Notes under the pieces: generated by a model
Told to the model about the DNA's origin: nothing
What the model saw: the letters and a program-made list of their open reading frames with translations, nothing else
Databases searched by the model: none
Source: Tissierellia bacterium
GTDB taxonomy: Bacteria; Bacillota; Clostridia; Tissierellales; Peptoniphilaceae
Direction of reading: 5' to 3'
Assembly (NCBI GenBank): GCA_030540635.1
Contig: JAUNVW010000001.1
Location: forward strand, 17,973-81,972
Length of the DNA: 64,000 nucleotides
Shown here: piece after piece, positions 1 to 9,792 of the stretch
How the letters are laid out: each line of letters starts with the position of its first letter
How positions within the stretch are numbered: the stretch's first letter is position 1
Program-made: the position numbers and the translations under genes

Positions 1-3000
1 CTCTAATTTATCGATGAGTGCTCTATTCTTTATATCTACCCAATATTCTTCATTCATCTTAAAGTTTTTACGATTTTGTGCAAAATAAATATTTACTTCA
101 TCGTTACCTCGATATTGTATTAGTATTCTTTTAATGTCTTCGATAATCCTTGTTGATTCCGTCGGTAATATTTGTAGATATAGCTTTTGTTCATCTTGAG
201 GAATCTCCACTTTCCGTAAACGGTTAACGATGATTTTAGGTTCTTCGGTTTCTGATATTTGCATCGTTCCTTCGACATATAAAACGGCATCTTCATATAA
301 CAAATCTGAGTATTGGGTGTATTGTCGAGGAAAAATAATTAATTCGATGGATCCTAATAAATCTTCTAGGGTAACAAATTCCATGATTTGATTATTGCGG
401 GTATATTTTTTATTGATGGATTCGATAATACCGATCAATTGAACTTTCTTGTCATCAAATTTCTTTTCGACAATATCTGGTTCTTCTTCCAAATCAATGG
501 TCGAAAAAGAAGAATAATCTTCAATGAGTTTTTCATACGGTCGTAAGGGATGATCGGATAAATAAATTCCTAATACTTCTTTTTCTAAACGTAATAATTC
601 CTGTTTCGCAAATTCCTTCTCGTCGTAGATTACGGTCTTTGGTGCTTCATAGGAAGTTTGATTTAAATCGAATAGGCTTTCTTGACCTGGAATATTGTGT
701 TTAATATTTTTCTGGACAGAATCAATAATGGAAGAAAATGACAGCATCAGTGAAGAACGTGTTAATCCCAATGATTCAAATGCTCCCGCTTTAATTAAAG
801 ATTCTACTGCTCTTTTATTAATACAATTTGGATCTTCTCCCATGACCCTTTCGATAAATTCTCGAAAATCTTCAAACTTTCCGTCTTTATTACGCGCATT
901 AACAATGGCTTCAATGAAGTTTGAGCCTACATTTTTTATAGCTTTTAGACCAAATCGAATTTGTTCTTCTTGCACAATAAATTTACCAACAGAATAGTTA
1001 ATATCCGGATTCAATATTTCAATATTTAAATTCCTAGATTCTTGGATATAGAGCGCAACTTGACTTGTATTTCCCATAACCGATGAGATTAGAGCGGCCA
1101 TAAATTCAACGGGATAATAGTATTTGAGCCAAGCAGTACGCATAGCCACAAGAGAATAAGCCGCTGAGTGGGATTTATTAAAGGCATACTTTGCAAAATC
1201 AATCATCAAATCATAGATCTGATTCGCAGAAGCTTCATCAATACCTCGTCTAAGGCAACCATCAACTAGTACTTCCCCATCATCGCTTAATTTACCATGG
1301 ATAAATTGTATTCTTTCACTTTCCATGACATCCATTTTCTTTTTCCCCATGGCTCTTCGTAAATTATCCGCCTGTCCTAGACTAAAACCCGCTAATTTTT
1401 GCACAATTTCCATAACTTGTTCCTGATAGACAATAGTGCCATATGTCACTTCTAAAATCGGTTTTAATGCAGGATGGAGATATTGAATATCTTCGGGATG
1501 GTTTTTATTGTGAATATATGTGGGAATTTCATTCATGGGTCCTGGACGAAATAAAGAATTCGCTGCAATTAAATCATCAAATTTTGTTGGTTTTAAATCC
1601 TTTAAAAACGCGCGCATCCCTTGTGATTCAAATTGAAAAATACCAAGAGTTTTTGCATGGGTAAAAATCGAAAGAACTTTAGGATCATGAATATCCATAT
1701 CCTCTTCCGTAATGGGCTTTTTTTTCTTTTCATTAATATACTTTAATGCATCACTAATTACAGTAAGAGTTCTCAGCCCTAAAAAATCCATTTTTAAAAG
1801 TCCTAGTTCTTCTAGCTCAATCATATTAAATTGGGTAATCACGGCATCTTTATTTCTAGCTAAAGGAACATATTCAACGATCGGTTTTTTTGAGATTACG
1901 ACCCCAGCTGCATGGGTCGAGGTATGCCGAGGCATCCCTTCTAATCGCTGTGCATCATCTACTAATTGCCGGATCCGCTCATCGGATCGATAAATCTCTT
2001 GGAATTCCGGGCTCATTGAAAGGGCGGAATCAATCGTTATATTTAAAACATTTGGAACTTTTTTTGCGACAGCATCCACCGTTTGATAATCCATATTTAA
2101 AACACGGCCGACATCACGTATGGCATTTCGTGCTGCCATAGTACCAAAGGTTACGATTTGAGCGACTTTATCCTCACCATATTTATCGACAACATAATCA
2201 ATGACTTCTTCTCTTCTTTCATAACAAAAATCAATATCAATATCGGGCATGGAAACTCGTTCAGGATTTAAAAATCGTTCAAACAATAAGTTGAATTCCA
2301 ATGGATCAATATCGGTAATCCCCAATGCGTAAGATACGATTGATCCAGCAGCAGATCCACGACCAGGCCCAACGGGGATATTCTGTTCCTTTGCAAAACG
2401 AATAAAATCCCACACAATCAGAAAATAATCAATATACCCCATTGATTCGATGGTTTTTAATTCAAATTCCATTCGTTCCAATGCTTCTTCAAGATTATTG
2501 GTATATCTATCTTTTATTCCTTTTTCTGTTAAATATCTCAAATATTCTTTATTGGTATATCCTTCTGGTATTTCAAAATATGGTAAATGTAAATGGGAAA
2601 AATCCAGTTCCACATGGCAACGTTCTGCAATTCGATGGGTATTTTCGATGGCTTCATCCATTCCTGGAAATAATGCTCTCATTTCTTCTTCTGAACGTAA
2701 ATAAAATTCTCCTGGCGCATAGCTCATTTCCGACTGTTCATCAATGGTCTTACCCAATTGTATACACAATAAAATATCATGGATTCGATAATCATTTTTC
2801 TCAACATAATGGACATCATTTGTAGCGACAACACCAACGCCAATTTCTTTCCCTATTTTCGGAATAAATTCCATAATCAGCGGGTCTTCCCTTAAACCAT
2901 GGTTTTGTATTTCTAAAAAGAAATTATCCCTGCCAAAGATATCCCTCAATTCTATCGCCGTTTCTTTGGCTTCTTCGTAACCAAATTGAAGTAAATTTTC

Positions 3001-3426
3001 CTGGACTTCCCCTTTTAAACACGCAGATAGCGCAATAATTCCTTCAGCGTATTTTTTTAAAACTTCTTTATCAACGCGTGGTTTGTAATAAAAACCATCA
3101 ACACAGCCTAAGGATACAATCTTCATTAAGTTTCGATAACCTACATTATTCTCAGCTAGGAGTATTAAATGATTGTATTTCTTATTTTGGACATTTTTTT
3201 CCAAATAATTTCCATTTGTTGTATATATTTCACAACCGATAATTGGTTTGATATTATTCTTTCTCGCTTCTTTGTAAAAATTTACGACACCGTGCATAGT
3301 GCCATGATCCGTTATGGCCAAAGAATTCATTCCTAAATCTTTAGCCTTTCGTACTAAGCTTTTAATGGGCGAAAAGCCATCCAGTAATGAATATTCTGTA
3401 TGCACATGGAGATGGGTAAAACTCAT
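1..3426 (-). CDS. dnaE: DNA polymerase III alpha subunit (DnaE type); the C-terminal end runs off the left edge
   Basis: My own minus-strand translation from ATG at 3426 gives MSFTHLHVHTEYSLLDGFSPIK (PHP domain). Further in are ERFLNPERVSMPDIDIDFCY (around 2221..2280) and KMNEEYWVDIKNRALIDKLE at 60..1, in frame with no stop seen in the stretches checked. It is absent from the ORF track because no stop lies inside the window. The + strand ORFs at 695..2825 are antisense shadows. Confidence 0.9.
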   Translation of the reverse strand, partial: MSFTHLHVHTEYSLLDGFSPIKSLVRKAKDLGMNSLAITDHGTMHGVVNFYKEARKNNIKPIIGCEIYTTNGNYLEKNVQNKKYNHLILLAENNVGYRNLMKIVSLGCVDGFYYKPRVDKEVLKKYAEGIIALSACLKGEVQENLLQFGYEEAKETAIELRDIFGRDNFFLEIQNHGLREDPLIMEFIPKIGKEIGVGVVATNDVHYVEKNDYRIHDILLCIQLGKTIDEQSEMSYAPGEFYLRSEEEMRALFPGMDEAIENTHRIAERCHVELDFSHLHLPYFEIPEGYTNKEYLRYLTEKGIKDRYTNNLEEALERMEFELKTIESMGYIDYFLIVWDFIRFAKEQNIPVGPGRGSAAGSIVSYALGITDIDPLEFNLLFERFLNPERVSMPDIDIDFCYERREEVIDYVVDKYGEDKVAQIVTFGTMAARNAIRDVGRVLNMDYQTVDAVAKKVPNVLNITIDSALSMSPEFQEIYRSDERIRQLVDDAQRLEGMPRHTSTHAAGVVISKKPIVEYVPLARNKDAVITQFNMIELEELGLLKMDFLGLRTLTVISDALKYINEKKKKPITEEDMDIHDPKVLSIFTHAKTLGIFQFESQGMRAFLKDLKPTKFDDLIAANSLFRPGPMNEIPTYIHNKNHPEDIQYLHPALKPILEVTYGTIVYQEQVMEIVQKLAGFSLGQADNLRRAMGKKKMDVMESERIQFIHGKLSDDGEVLVDGCLRRGIDEASANQIYDLMIDFAKYAFNKSHSAAYSLVAMRTAWLKYYYPVEFMAALISSVMGNTSQVALYIQESRNLNIEILNPDINYSVGKFIVQEEQIRFGLKAIKNVGSNFIEAIVNARNKDGKFEDFREFIERVMGEDPNCINKRAVESLIKAGAFESLGLTRSSLMLSFSSIIDSVQKNIKHNIPGQESLFDLNQTSYEAPKTVIYDEKEFAKQELLRLEKEVLGIYLSDHPLRPYEKLIEDYSSFSTIDLEEEPDIVEKKFDDKKVQLIGIIESINKKYTRNNQIMEFVTLEDLLGSIELIIFPRQYTQYSDLLYEDAVLYVEGTMQISETEEPKIIVNRLRKVEIPQDEQKLYLQILPTESTRIIEDIKRILIQYRGNDEVNIYFAQNRKNFKMNEEYWVDIKNRALIDKLE

Positions 3427-3469
3427 TGTTATCACCTTTTATTGTCTTTACATTCTTTTTATAAAATCA

Positions 3470-4393
3470 TTATTGTTCTAGATTTTTAGAAATATCAATC
3501 AATTTCTTTATTCGATAGTTTGTTCCTGATTTACTAAGGGGTGGATTACACCGTTCCCCTAGTTCTTTCAAAGATATATCCGGATATAATATTCTTAAAT
3601 TTGCGATTTCTTGTAAAGAAGGATCAATATTTTCTAATCCAATATTTTTATCTATTTTTTCAATGGCTGTTTTTTGTCGAAAAGATGCTTCTAGCATTTT
3701 ATCCATATTTGCAAGTTCACAATTATTTCGTCGATTTACATTGTTCTTAATATCTTTCATTGCCCTTGTATCTTCAAATAATAATACACCATGATAGGCA
3801 TCAATCAAAGACAAAAAATCAGAAATTTTATCCGCATCTTTTAAATACCAAATAAAGTGATCGTTTCTACCGATGATTTTTCCATCAATTTGATGTTTCA
3901 TTACGATTTTGTTGAAGTTTTGAAGATATTTTTGGGAATTCGACACGATTTCGAGATGATATCTTTTTTCAGGATTAGAAACAGATCCAGCCCCTAAAAA
4001 GGTCCCTCGAATATATGCTTTTCTTTTATCGACAGTATCAACAAGATTTTTTCCGATATTTGGTTCAATTCCTAGTATTGAAATTGCCATTTCACCTTCT
4101 CGTGCCCATTGTTTCGATATTTTATCATTTATAACGATGGTAAAACAGGTTTTTTTGCGGCTGATATTATTGCTTTTTATTAATATTTTAGGTGAATAAT
4201 CATAGCGTTTTCGAAAAAAAGTATAAATTCTACGAACTAAGGGATTATGCTCCGTGATAAACTTTGTTTCCAGATGATCTTTATGATAATGAACGGTACC
4301 ATTAACTCGGAAAATTGCCGTTAGCTCTTCTAATATATAATTTTCATTTGCGACTGTTGCACACTCATTTTTCACTTGATTAGAAAAAGACAT
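3470..4393 (-). CDS. whiA: WhiA-family DNA-binding regulator (LAGLIDADG-like domain plus C-terminal HTH)
   Basis: 307 aa. N-terminus MSFSNQVKNE.. and the C-terminal SKSGTNYRIKKL HTH are typical of WhiA. Tightly packed with the Nudix gene upstream and dnaE downstream. Confidence 0.85.
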   Translation of the reverse strand: MSFSNQVKNECATVANENYILEELTAIFRVNGTVHYHKDHLETKFITEHNPLVRRIYTFFRKRYDYSPKILIKSNNISRKKTCFTIVINDKISKQWAREGEMAISILGIEPNIGKNLVDTVDKRKAYIRGTFLGAGSVSNPEKRYHLEIVSNSQKYLQNFNKIVMKHQIDGKIIGRNDHFIWYLKDADKISDFLSLIDAYHGVLLFEDTRAMKDIKNNVNRRNNCELANMDKMLEASFRQKTAIEKIDKNIGLENIDPSLQEIANLRILYPDISLKELGERCNPPLSKSGTNYRIKKLIDISKNLEQ

Positions 4394-4395
4394 TT

Positions 4396-4809
4396 TTACA
4401 CCGTACCTTTATTATGAAACCTAATTGCATTTTTTATCATATTTCCTTCGGAATTATGGGTAATCAATCGTAATGCGCGATTAAAATCCATGAATTGAGC
4501 AACACAGAAACCTTCTTCTTTTTGGGGATAAGGCATCTGATCTTTTAATGTACTCATATAATAATAATGGACTGTTTTCAAAACTTTTTTGCCATTATGA
4601 TGTCGATACCAATATTTTACATAGCCAAGATAACGTTCAATTTCCGCATCGAGTCCAGATTCTTCCAAGACTTCTCGCAAAGCCGTTTCTTCCATGGTCT
4701 CCCCTTCTTCATTGCGTCCTTTTGGCAAGACCCAATCCCCACGGAACTTTTTTAATAAACAAACTTTGTCATTTCGAATAACGACACCTCCGGCGCTGAT
4801 TTCTTCCAT
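4396..4809 (-). CDS. Nudix hydrolase
   Basis: Nudix box GX5EX7REUXEEXGU is visible as GRNEEGETMEETALREVLEESGL. Confidence 0.8.
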   Translation of the reverse strand: MEEISAGGVVIRNDKVCLLKKFRGDWVLPKGRNEEGETMEETALREVLEESGLDAEIERYLGYVKYWYRHHNGKKVLKTVHYYYMSTLKDQMPYPQKEEGFCVAQFMDFNRALRLITHNSEGNMIKNAIRFHNKGTV

Positions 4810-4975
4810 TTTGATCCCCCTCTCAAAAATTCTAAAATTATGCTACCTTTTATTTTATCACATAACGAGGAAAATAGAGAAATTCCATTGATTATTTTTA
4901 ATTATAATATCAATTGACTTTTTTATTCTAAAAGATCTGGTATAATAAAATAGAGTACATTAAAGGAGGAAATCA

Positions 4976-5344
4976 ATGGAGAGATTAAAGAAGAAGAAAG
5001 GGTTTACATTAGTAGAACTTATCGTTGTCATCGCCATATTGGCCCTTCTTGCAGCTGTCGCTTTGCCTCGTTACACAAAGTCGAGAGAACATTCGGCCAA
5101 GGTTGCACATAATGCCAATGTACGAATTTTAAAAGCTGCCGGCCAGAATTATTACGCCAATGAAGGAAAAGCGGATGAATGGAGTTCAGGCCGTTATGCT
5201 AAAGAGTATATCGAAGAGTGGCCAAAAATTCCAAAAGGTCTTAATACAAGTGGCATTTCTGAAAACAGTACTTATACCGTTACAATTGAAGATGATGGCA
5301 CTGTAAAGGTCACTCCTGAAGCTGTAAGCCTTACAGATGAATAA
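4976..5344 (+). CDS. Type IV pilin / pseudopilin with class III signal peptide
   Basis: N-terminus MERLKKKKGFTLVELIVVIAILALLAAVALP contains the prepilin cleavage and N-methylation motif (KG/FTLVE). RBS AAAGGAGG lies 7 nt upstream. An extended -10 (TGgTATAAT) is at 4938..4946. Confidence 0.85.
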   Translation: MERLKKKKGFTLVELIVVIAILALLAAVALPRYTKSREHSAKVAHNANVRILKAAGQNYYANEGKADEWSSGRYAKEYIEEWPKIPKGLNTSGISENSTYTVTIEDDGTVKVTPEAVSLTDE

Positions 5345-5356
5345 GGAATCAGATCA

Positions 5357-6049
5357 TTGGTATTTATAATTCTAGGAATGATTTTCGGCTCTTTTGCCAG
5401 TGTTTTAGTGACAAGGAACCCATCAAAAGAGTCGATCGTCTTTCCTCCTTCCCATTGTGATCATTGTATGTACCGACTTTCCTGGTATGATAATATTCCT
5501 GTTTTTTCCTTCATTTATTTAAAGGGAAAATGCCGAAATTGTCAGAGATCCATATCTCCAATATATCCGATATTGGAAATTGGATCGGCCATCTTTTTTT
5601 ATATGATTGGATCAAAGGACGGTTTTATACTAATCGATGCTTCTTTTCTTCTATTTTTTGTCATGGCCATTAATGATTTTTATGATGGTGAATTTTCAAC
5701 GACCCATCTAGTTGCTTTTGCATTTTTCCAAATTTCATATATCCTTCTTTATCATCTTTCTTTTTCTCCTATTCCCTTCTTGTTTTTTTTACTCTTAGTA
5801 TTCAATCAATTCACCGGTGAGAAATATATTGGAAATGGAGATTTATGGATTTTACTGATATTGAGTTTTCATCCTGTTTTGTGGTTTATTAGTTACTTTA
5901 TTCTACTGGGTTTAATTGGAGCTTTATTACTACCATATTTCATCTTTAAGAATATCAGAAAAATACATTATTTACCTATTTTATTTTCAGCATTTATTTG
6001 CAATACTTTATTTTATGAAAAATTTCTCTATTTTTTGTTTAATTATTGA
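5357..6049 (+). CDS. pilD: Prepilin peptidase (A24 aspartic peptidase)
   Basis: TTG start. Cys-rich N-domain CDHC..CRNC. Two Asp motifs are present (AINDFYDG and GNGDLW), with multiple TM segments. It lies 12 nt after the pilin gene. Confidence 0.85.
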   Translation: MVFIILGMIFGSFASVLVTRNPSKESIVFPPSHCDHCMYRLSWYDNIPVFSFIYLKGKCRNCQRSISPIYPILEIGSAIFFYMIGSKDGFILIDASFLLFFVMAINDFYDGEFSTTHLVAFAFFQISYILLYHLSFSPIPFLFFLLLVFNQFTGEKYIGNGDLWILLILSFHPVLWFISYFILLGLIGALLLPYFIFKNIRKIHYLPILFSAFICNTLFYEKFLYFLFNY

Positions 6050-6098
6050 TCGTAAGGGTAAACATTAAATAGTGAATTTTATAAGGGGGAATTGATTT

Positions 6099-6368
6099 AT
6101 GAAAATTGTATTAACTGAAAATGCAAAGGATATTTTGGAAAAGCAAAATGCAGAAGGAACTATATGGAGAGTTGAGAAATATTCAGAAGCCGATGGAAAA
6201 TGTGAATTAACAGTTAAGCATGGTCAAAAACAAGATAATGATGAAATTGAAGAAGTCGATGGATTCAAAATAGCTATACCTGCTGATATTCGAAAGGATT
6301 ATGAACAACTAACTGTTGATTTTAATAAAGGTGCCTATGAAGGTGGATTCCATATTAAAGCAGAATAA
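6099..6368 (+). CDS. Small HesB/YneR-like (Fe-S cluster biogenesis fold) protein; function uncertain
   Basis: 89 aa. Its length and pattern resemble HesB/IscA-like small proteins, but the C-terminal CGCG-type cysteines are absent. Strong RBS GGGGGA. Confidence 0.4.
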   Translation: MKIVLTENAKDILEKQNAEGTIWRVEKYSEADGKCELTVKHGQKQDNDEIEEVDGFKIAIPADIRKDYEQLTVDFNKGAYEGGFHIKAE

Positions 6369-6379
6369 TAAATGATAAA

Positions 6380-6405
6380 ATCGGGAGCTAAGCTCCCGAT
6401 TTTTT
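6380..6405. terminator. Bidirectional intrinsic terminator
   Basis: Palindrome TCGGGAGCT-A-AGCTCCCGA flanked by an A-run and a T-run, between convergent genes. Confidence 0.75.
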
Positions 6406-7018
6406 AATCTTTTTCTATTAATTCTTTTGTTTCTAAATTATAGACATAATCGATATCATCGCCTTGTTCATTATCTACTGTAATTTCCAATTCAATAATA
6501 CCATCATCTTCTTCTACTTCCCACTCATCAAGAAAATAACCATCACCAGCTTCTTCAATCGCCTTGTCAACTAAAAATTGAATATTTTGTATTTGTTGAT
6601 CTTCAATGGCGACTTTATTTTCTGATTCATTTTCTTTTTCTTTTTTTAATATTTCACCATTATTCGCATCAATTTTTATCTCATATTCTTCTGTATCACT
6701 GAATCCTTCAATCTTATATCTCCAAATCGAATCATCTTCATCAAATGAAATTTTTTTGATTTTAGTATTGGGAAATTCGTGCTCGTAAATATCTAGAACT
6801 TCTTGGATACTCAAATATTCTTCTCCAGTCTGTTCATCTTTTCCAACTTCTATCGTCGTGTTTTTTTCATCATCTTTACTATCATCGTCTTGGACTTTTT
6901 GATTTTCTGTTTGATCCTCATCTATTTGAACTTCCACATCCTTCTCGGTAGTCGTGCTACAGGACGCAAAAGTGAAAACAGAAAGGATTAACAAAGCGAG
7001 TAGTTTTATTTTCTTCAT
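6404..7018 (-). CDS. PepSY-domain lipoprotein
   Basis: Lipobox LSVFTFASC after MKKIKLLALLIL. Two PepSY-like repeats (e.g. YEIKIDANNGEILKKE). I chose the start at 7018 (RBS AAAGGAG) because the ORF-track start at 7048 lies inside the ferritin terminator hairpin. Confidence 0.7.
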   Translation of the reverse strand: MKKIKLLALLILSVFTFASCSTTTEKDVEVQIDEDQTENQKVQDDDSKDDEKNTTIEVGKDEQTGEEYLSIQEVLDIYEHEFPNTKIKKISFDEDDSIWRYKIEGFSDTEEYEIKIDANNGEILKKEKENESENKVAIEDQQIQNIQFLVDKAIEEAGDGYFLDEWEVEEDDGIIELEITVDNEQGDDIDYVYNLETKELIEKD

Positions 7019-7040
7019 TAAAACTCCTTTCAAATAGAAT

Positions 7041-7065
7041 AAGGCCAAGTTTCTAACTTGGCCTT
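7041..7065 (-). terminator. Intrinsic terminator after the ferritin gene
   Basis: 11-bp stem AAGGCCAAGTT / AACTTGGCCTT with a 3-nt loop. Confidence 0.7.
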
Positions 7066-7089
7066 ATCAACATTTTAATATTCTAATAA

Positions 7090-7581
7090 CTAATCTTCTC
7101 TACGTCCTAATTTTCCATCAAGGATCATTAGGCCAGCAGGATTCATATTTGTACGCTCAATTTTTGCGATTAATGTGGAGAATGTATCCTCTTCTTCAAC
7201 TTGTTCATTAATATACCATTGCATGAAATATTCTACACGTTTGTCATCATATTTTCTTGCAAGATCAATGATTTCATTAATTCGTTGTGTTACTTCTTGT
7301 TCGTGTTCTAGGGATGTTTTCGCAAGATCTAATACATCTTTATACTCGCTAGGTGCAGCTTCTATTGCTCCAAAAGTAACGGGATAACCAAGATCCATTA
7401 AAAATTTAGCCATTTTATTGGCATGTTCCAATTCTTCTTCCCATTGTTTGTACATAAAATGGCTAAATCCATCCCAATCATTATCTGCAGCCCATGCTGC
7501 CATTCCTAAATAGACATAACCAGATGCAATTTCAAAAGTAACTTGTTCATTGATTTTATCCATTAATTCTTGATTTTTCAT
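7090..7581 (-). CDS. ftn: Non-haem ferritin
   Basis: 163 aa. Ferroxidase-centre residue pattern (E..YxY, EExEH, QWYINEQ.EE) is typical of bacterial ferritin. Confidence 0.9.
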   Translation of the reverse strand: MKNQELMDKINEQVTFEIASGYVYLGMAAWAADNDWDGFSHFMYKQWEEELEHANKMAKFLMDLGYPVTFGAIEAAPSEYKDVLDLAKTSLEHEQEVTQRINEIIDLARKYDDKRVEYFMQWYINEQVEEEDTFSTLIAKIERTNMNPAGLMILDGKLGRRED

Positions 7582-7640
7582 CTCATCATTCCTTTCTCAT
7601 TCTAGAGATTGATACCCTTTTTATAACCATCTAAACATTT

Positions 7641-7952
7641 CTACTTATCGTATAATTCATAAACGCCATATACTTTTATCCCTTGTTTACACAAATCCCC
7701 CAATAGATTTGGAATATCATTATATTTGATCTTCATTTCGAATCCATTATATTTTAAGATAAATTGATTTAATTCGCTGTATTTGTGTATCATCTGTATG
7801 ACTTTTTCTTGGACTTCATTTTTATGGATATCTTTAATAATAAACGTCATATTTCCAATGGAGTATTTATCTGCAAGATTTGTTTTTTTAATTAATAGAA
7901 CGTCATTCATAAGCCTTGACCTCATTCCTATTCTCATATTATAGATACCCAT
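7641..7952 (-). CDS. Hypothetical small protein; the true start is probably internal (MNDVLLIKK, about 7910)
   Basis: ORF only; I recognised no family. The C-terminus vaguely resembles C-terminal domains of ABC ATPases. Confidence 0.35.
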   Translation of the reverse strand: MGIYNMRIGMRSRLMNDVLLIKKTNLADKYSIGNMTFIIKDIHKNEVQEKVIQMIHKYSELNQFILKYNGFEMKIKYNDIPNLLGDLCKQGIKVYGVYELYDK

Positions 7953-8031
7953 TTTTCAGACCATCTATCAGTTTTTAATTTGTTGAATTTATTATATAAT
8001 ATGAATACTAGGATTTATAAGGAGGGCTTTT

Positions 8032-9267
8032 ATGGGTAAAAAAAGGTCTTCGAGCACAAGAAGACAACGACGCCGTAAAAAAAGACGAAATTCCAATACT
8101 TATTTAAAAAATATTCTCGTCCTTTTATTGATAATCGTTCTAATATTATTATTTGCCGTGTTTTTTAAAAATTTTTCGTTTAAAAATCCCATCACGATGA
8201 TCAAAAATGAATTTCAAGAAAAATACCCAAAAAATATTTATTATGAAGACATGAAAAAACTCATGGAGGAACTTGATCAATATTATACGAATAAAATAAT
8301 TACGGAAAAATATTCCGATCCTTTTGAAGATTTGAAAGAATACTATTTGGCAAAATCTGAGAATATTGATTCAAATGATGAATTTGGTGAATTACTATTT
8401 TCTTTTCTCCGTAGTCTTAAAGATAATAATTCTTTTTTATTATCGGAAGGATTCTTAAATCAATTTGAAATTCTAACGAAAGATGCTAAAGTCCTCAATG
8501 ATTTATTAAAACAGTCGAATTATTTAAAAGATGAGGATCATTTACTCAACGATGGCTTGGAATTATCCAATCCTTTGAAAAATATTGCCTATATTAAAAT
8601 ACCTTCTTTTGACGAAGAATTGCGAATACAAGATGGCGAAAAGATACGAAGTTTTCTAGAAAATCAATGGGATATTCCCTATATCATTATTGATATCCGA
8701 GGCAATCAAGGTTATTCTGTGGATTATTTTATAGAAAATCTCGTCTTCCCCCTTAGTTCAGAAGTCCATTATATGGATGGTGAATATTTAGTGAGGGACG
8801 AAAATTCCGAAAAATATTATTCCGCTTTTTCAAACTATCTCAATATTGATCCAATCCATTACGATACAAAAGAGATCGTCAAAAAATACCATCTGAATAA
8901 ATCTCGCGTAAAAGACTATTCTTATTATCGAAAATTTAGTCTTCGGTCAGAACCTGCAAAAAATCTGCGATTTCACGGCAAAATTTATCTTCTTCAAGAT
9001 GAAGAAACATCCTTTGCCGGCGATTTGTTTTCCCAATTTTGTAATCGTACAGGCTTTGCCACAACTTGTGGTAGCTATACTCAGGGATATGGCATGGACC
9101 TATTACCTGGTTTTTACCAACTTCCCCATACGAAATATACAATAGCCTACAGTATTCGCAGTGGATTAAATGAAGATGGAAGTTTCAATGCGGAAAAAGG
9201 CACTTTTCCAGAAATCCAATTAAACGAACAAGATTCATTGCTTCAATTAATCGATATGTTAAGATAA
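8032..9267 (+). CDS. Membrane-anchored S41-like (tail-specific protease fold) protein
   Basis: Polybasic N-terminus KKRSSSTRRQRRRKKRRNS followed by one TM segment. IIIDIRGNQGYS and LLQDEETSFAGDLF resemble the S41 DLRxNxGG and SAS motifs. Confidence 0.5.
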   Translation: MGKKRSSSTRRQRRRKKRRNSNTYLKNILVLLLIIVLILLFAVFFKNFSFKNPITMIKNEFQEKYPKNIYYEDMKKLMEELDQYYTNKIITEKYSDPFEDLKEYYLAKSENIDSNDEFGELLFSFLRSLKDNNSFLLSEGFLNQFEILTKDAKVLNDLLKQSNYLKDEDHLLNDGLELSNPLKNIAYIKIPSFDEELRIQDGEKIRSFLENQWDIPYIIIDIRGNQGYSVDYFIENLVFPLSSEVHYMDGEYLVRDENSEKYYSAFSNYLNIDPIHYDTKEIVKKYHLNKSRVKDYSYYRKFSLRSEPAKNLRFHGKIYLLQDEETSFAGDLFSQFCNRTGFATTCGSYTQGYGMDLLPGFYQLPHTKYTIAYSIRSGLNEDGSFNAEKGTFPEIQLNEQDSLLQLIDMLR

Positions 9268-9274
9268 GATGACA

Positions 9275-9305
9275 AAAGGACAGATGGCTTTACCATCTGT
9301 CCTTT
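9275..9305. terminator. Bidirectional intrinsic terminator
   Basis: 13-bp stem AAAGGACAGATGG / CCATCTGTCCTTT between convergent genes. Confidence 0.8.
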
Positions 9306-9317
9306 TTAAATTTACCT

Positions 9318-9764
9318 TTATCGTTCTAAAACTTTCCTAAGAATCTCATTGACTCTTTTACCATCCACTTCTCCTTTGTGATGGCCCATCATTTTTTTCA
9401 TAATAATGCCGATGGATGCCGGCGATTTTTCTAATTTTTCTTCTTCTAAAATCTTTTGTATTTCCTGTTCAATTTCACAATCACTCATTTGTTTAGGTAA
9501 GTATTCTAGAATAATTTCTATTTTCTTTTTATTTTCCTCAATTTGATCTATTCGATCTTCTGGTACTTGTGCCAGGGCATCCTTTGTTTGTTTTAATTCT
9601 TTTTGGACGAAAGTAAGGGCTTCTTCATCGGTCAATTCCCTTTTTTTCGTTTTTTCTTCCATTAAAATATTATTCATAATTAAAGATATCACGCCCGTTT
9701 TCACACGATTCTTTTCTTTCATGGCTTTCATCTTATCTTTTCTAAGTGTATTGATTAAGCTCAT
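9318..9764 (-). CDS. GatB/YqeY-domain protein
   Basis: 148 aa. N-terminus MSLINTLRKDKMKAMKEKN and overall pattern are typical of YqeY. Confidence 0.8.
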   Translation of the reverse strand: MSLINTLRKDKMKAMKEKNRVKTGVISLIMNNILMEEKTKKRELTDEEALTFVQKELKQTKDALAQVPEDRIDQIEENKKKIEIILEYLPKQMSDCEIEQEIQKILEEEKLEKSPASIGIIMKKMMGHHKGEVDGKRVNEILRKVLER

Positions 9765-9792
9765 AATTCCTCCCTAAATATTTAATCATTCA

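Noticed and set aside
695-2825. Six + strand ORFs (73-127 aa) listed in the track
   Set aside because: They lie antisense to a continuous, motif-rich dnaE reading frame on the minus strand. They have low-complexity composition and no RBS, so they are shadow ORFs.
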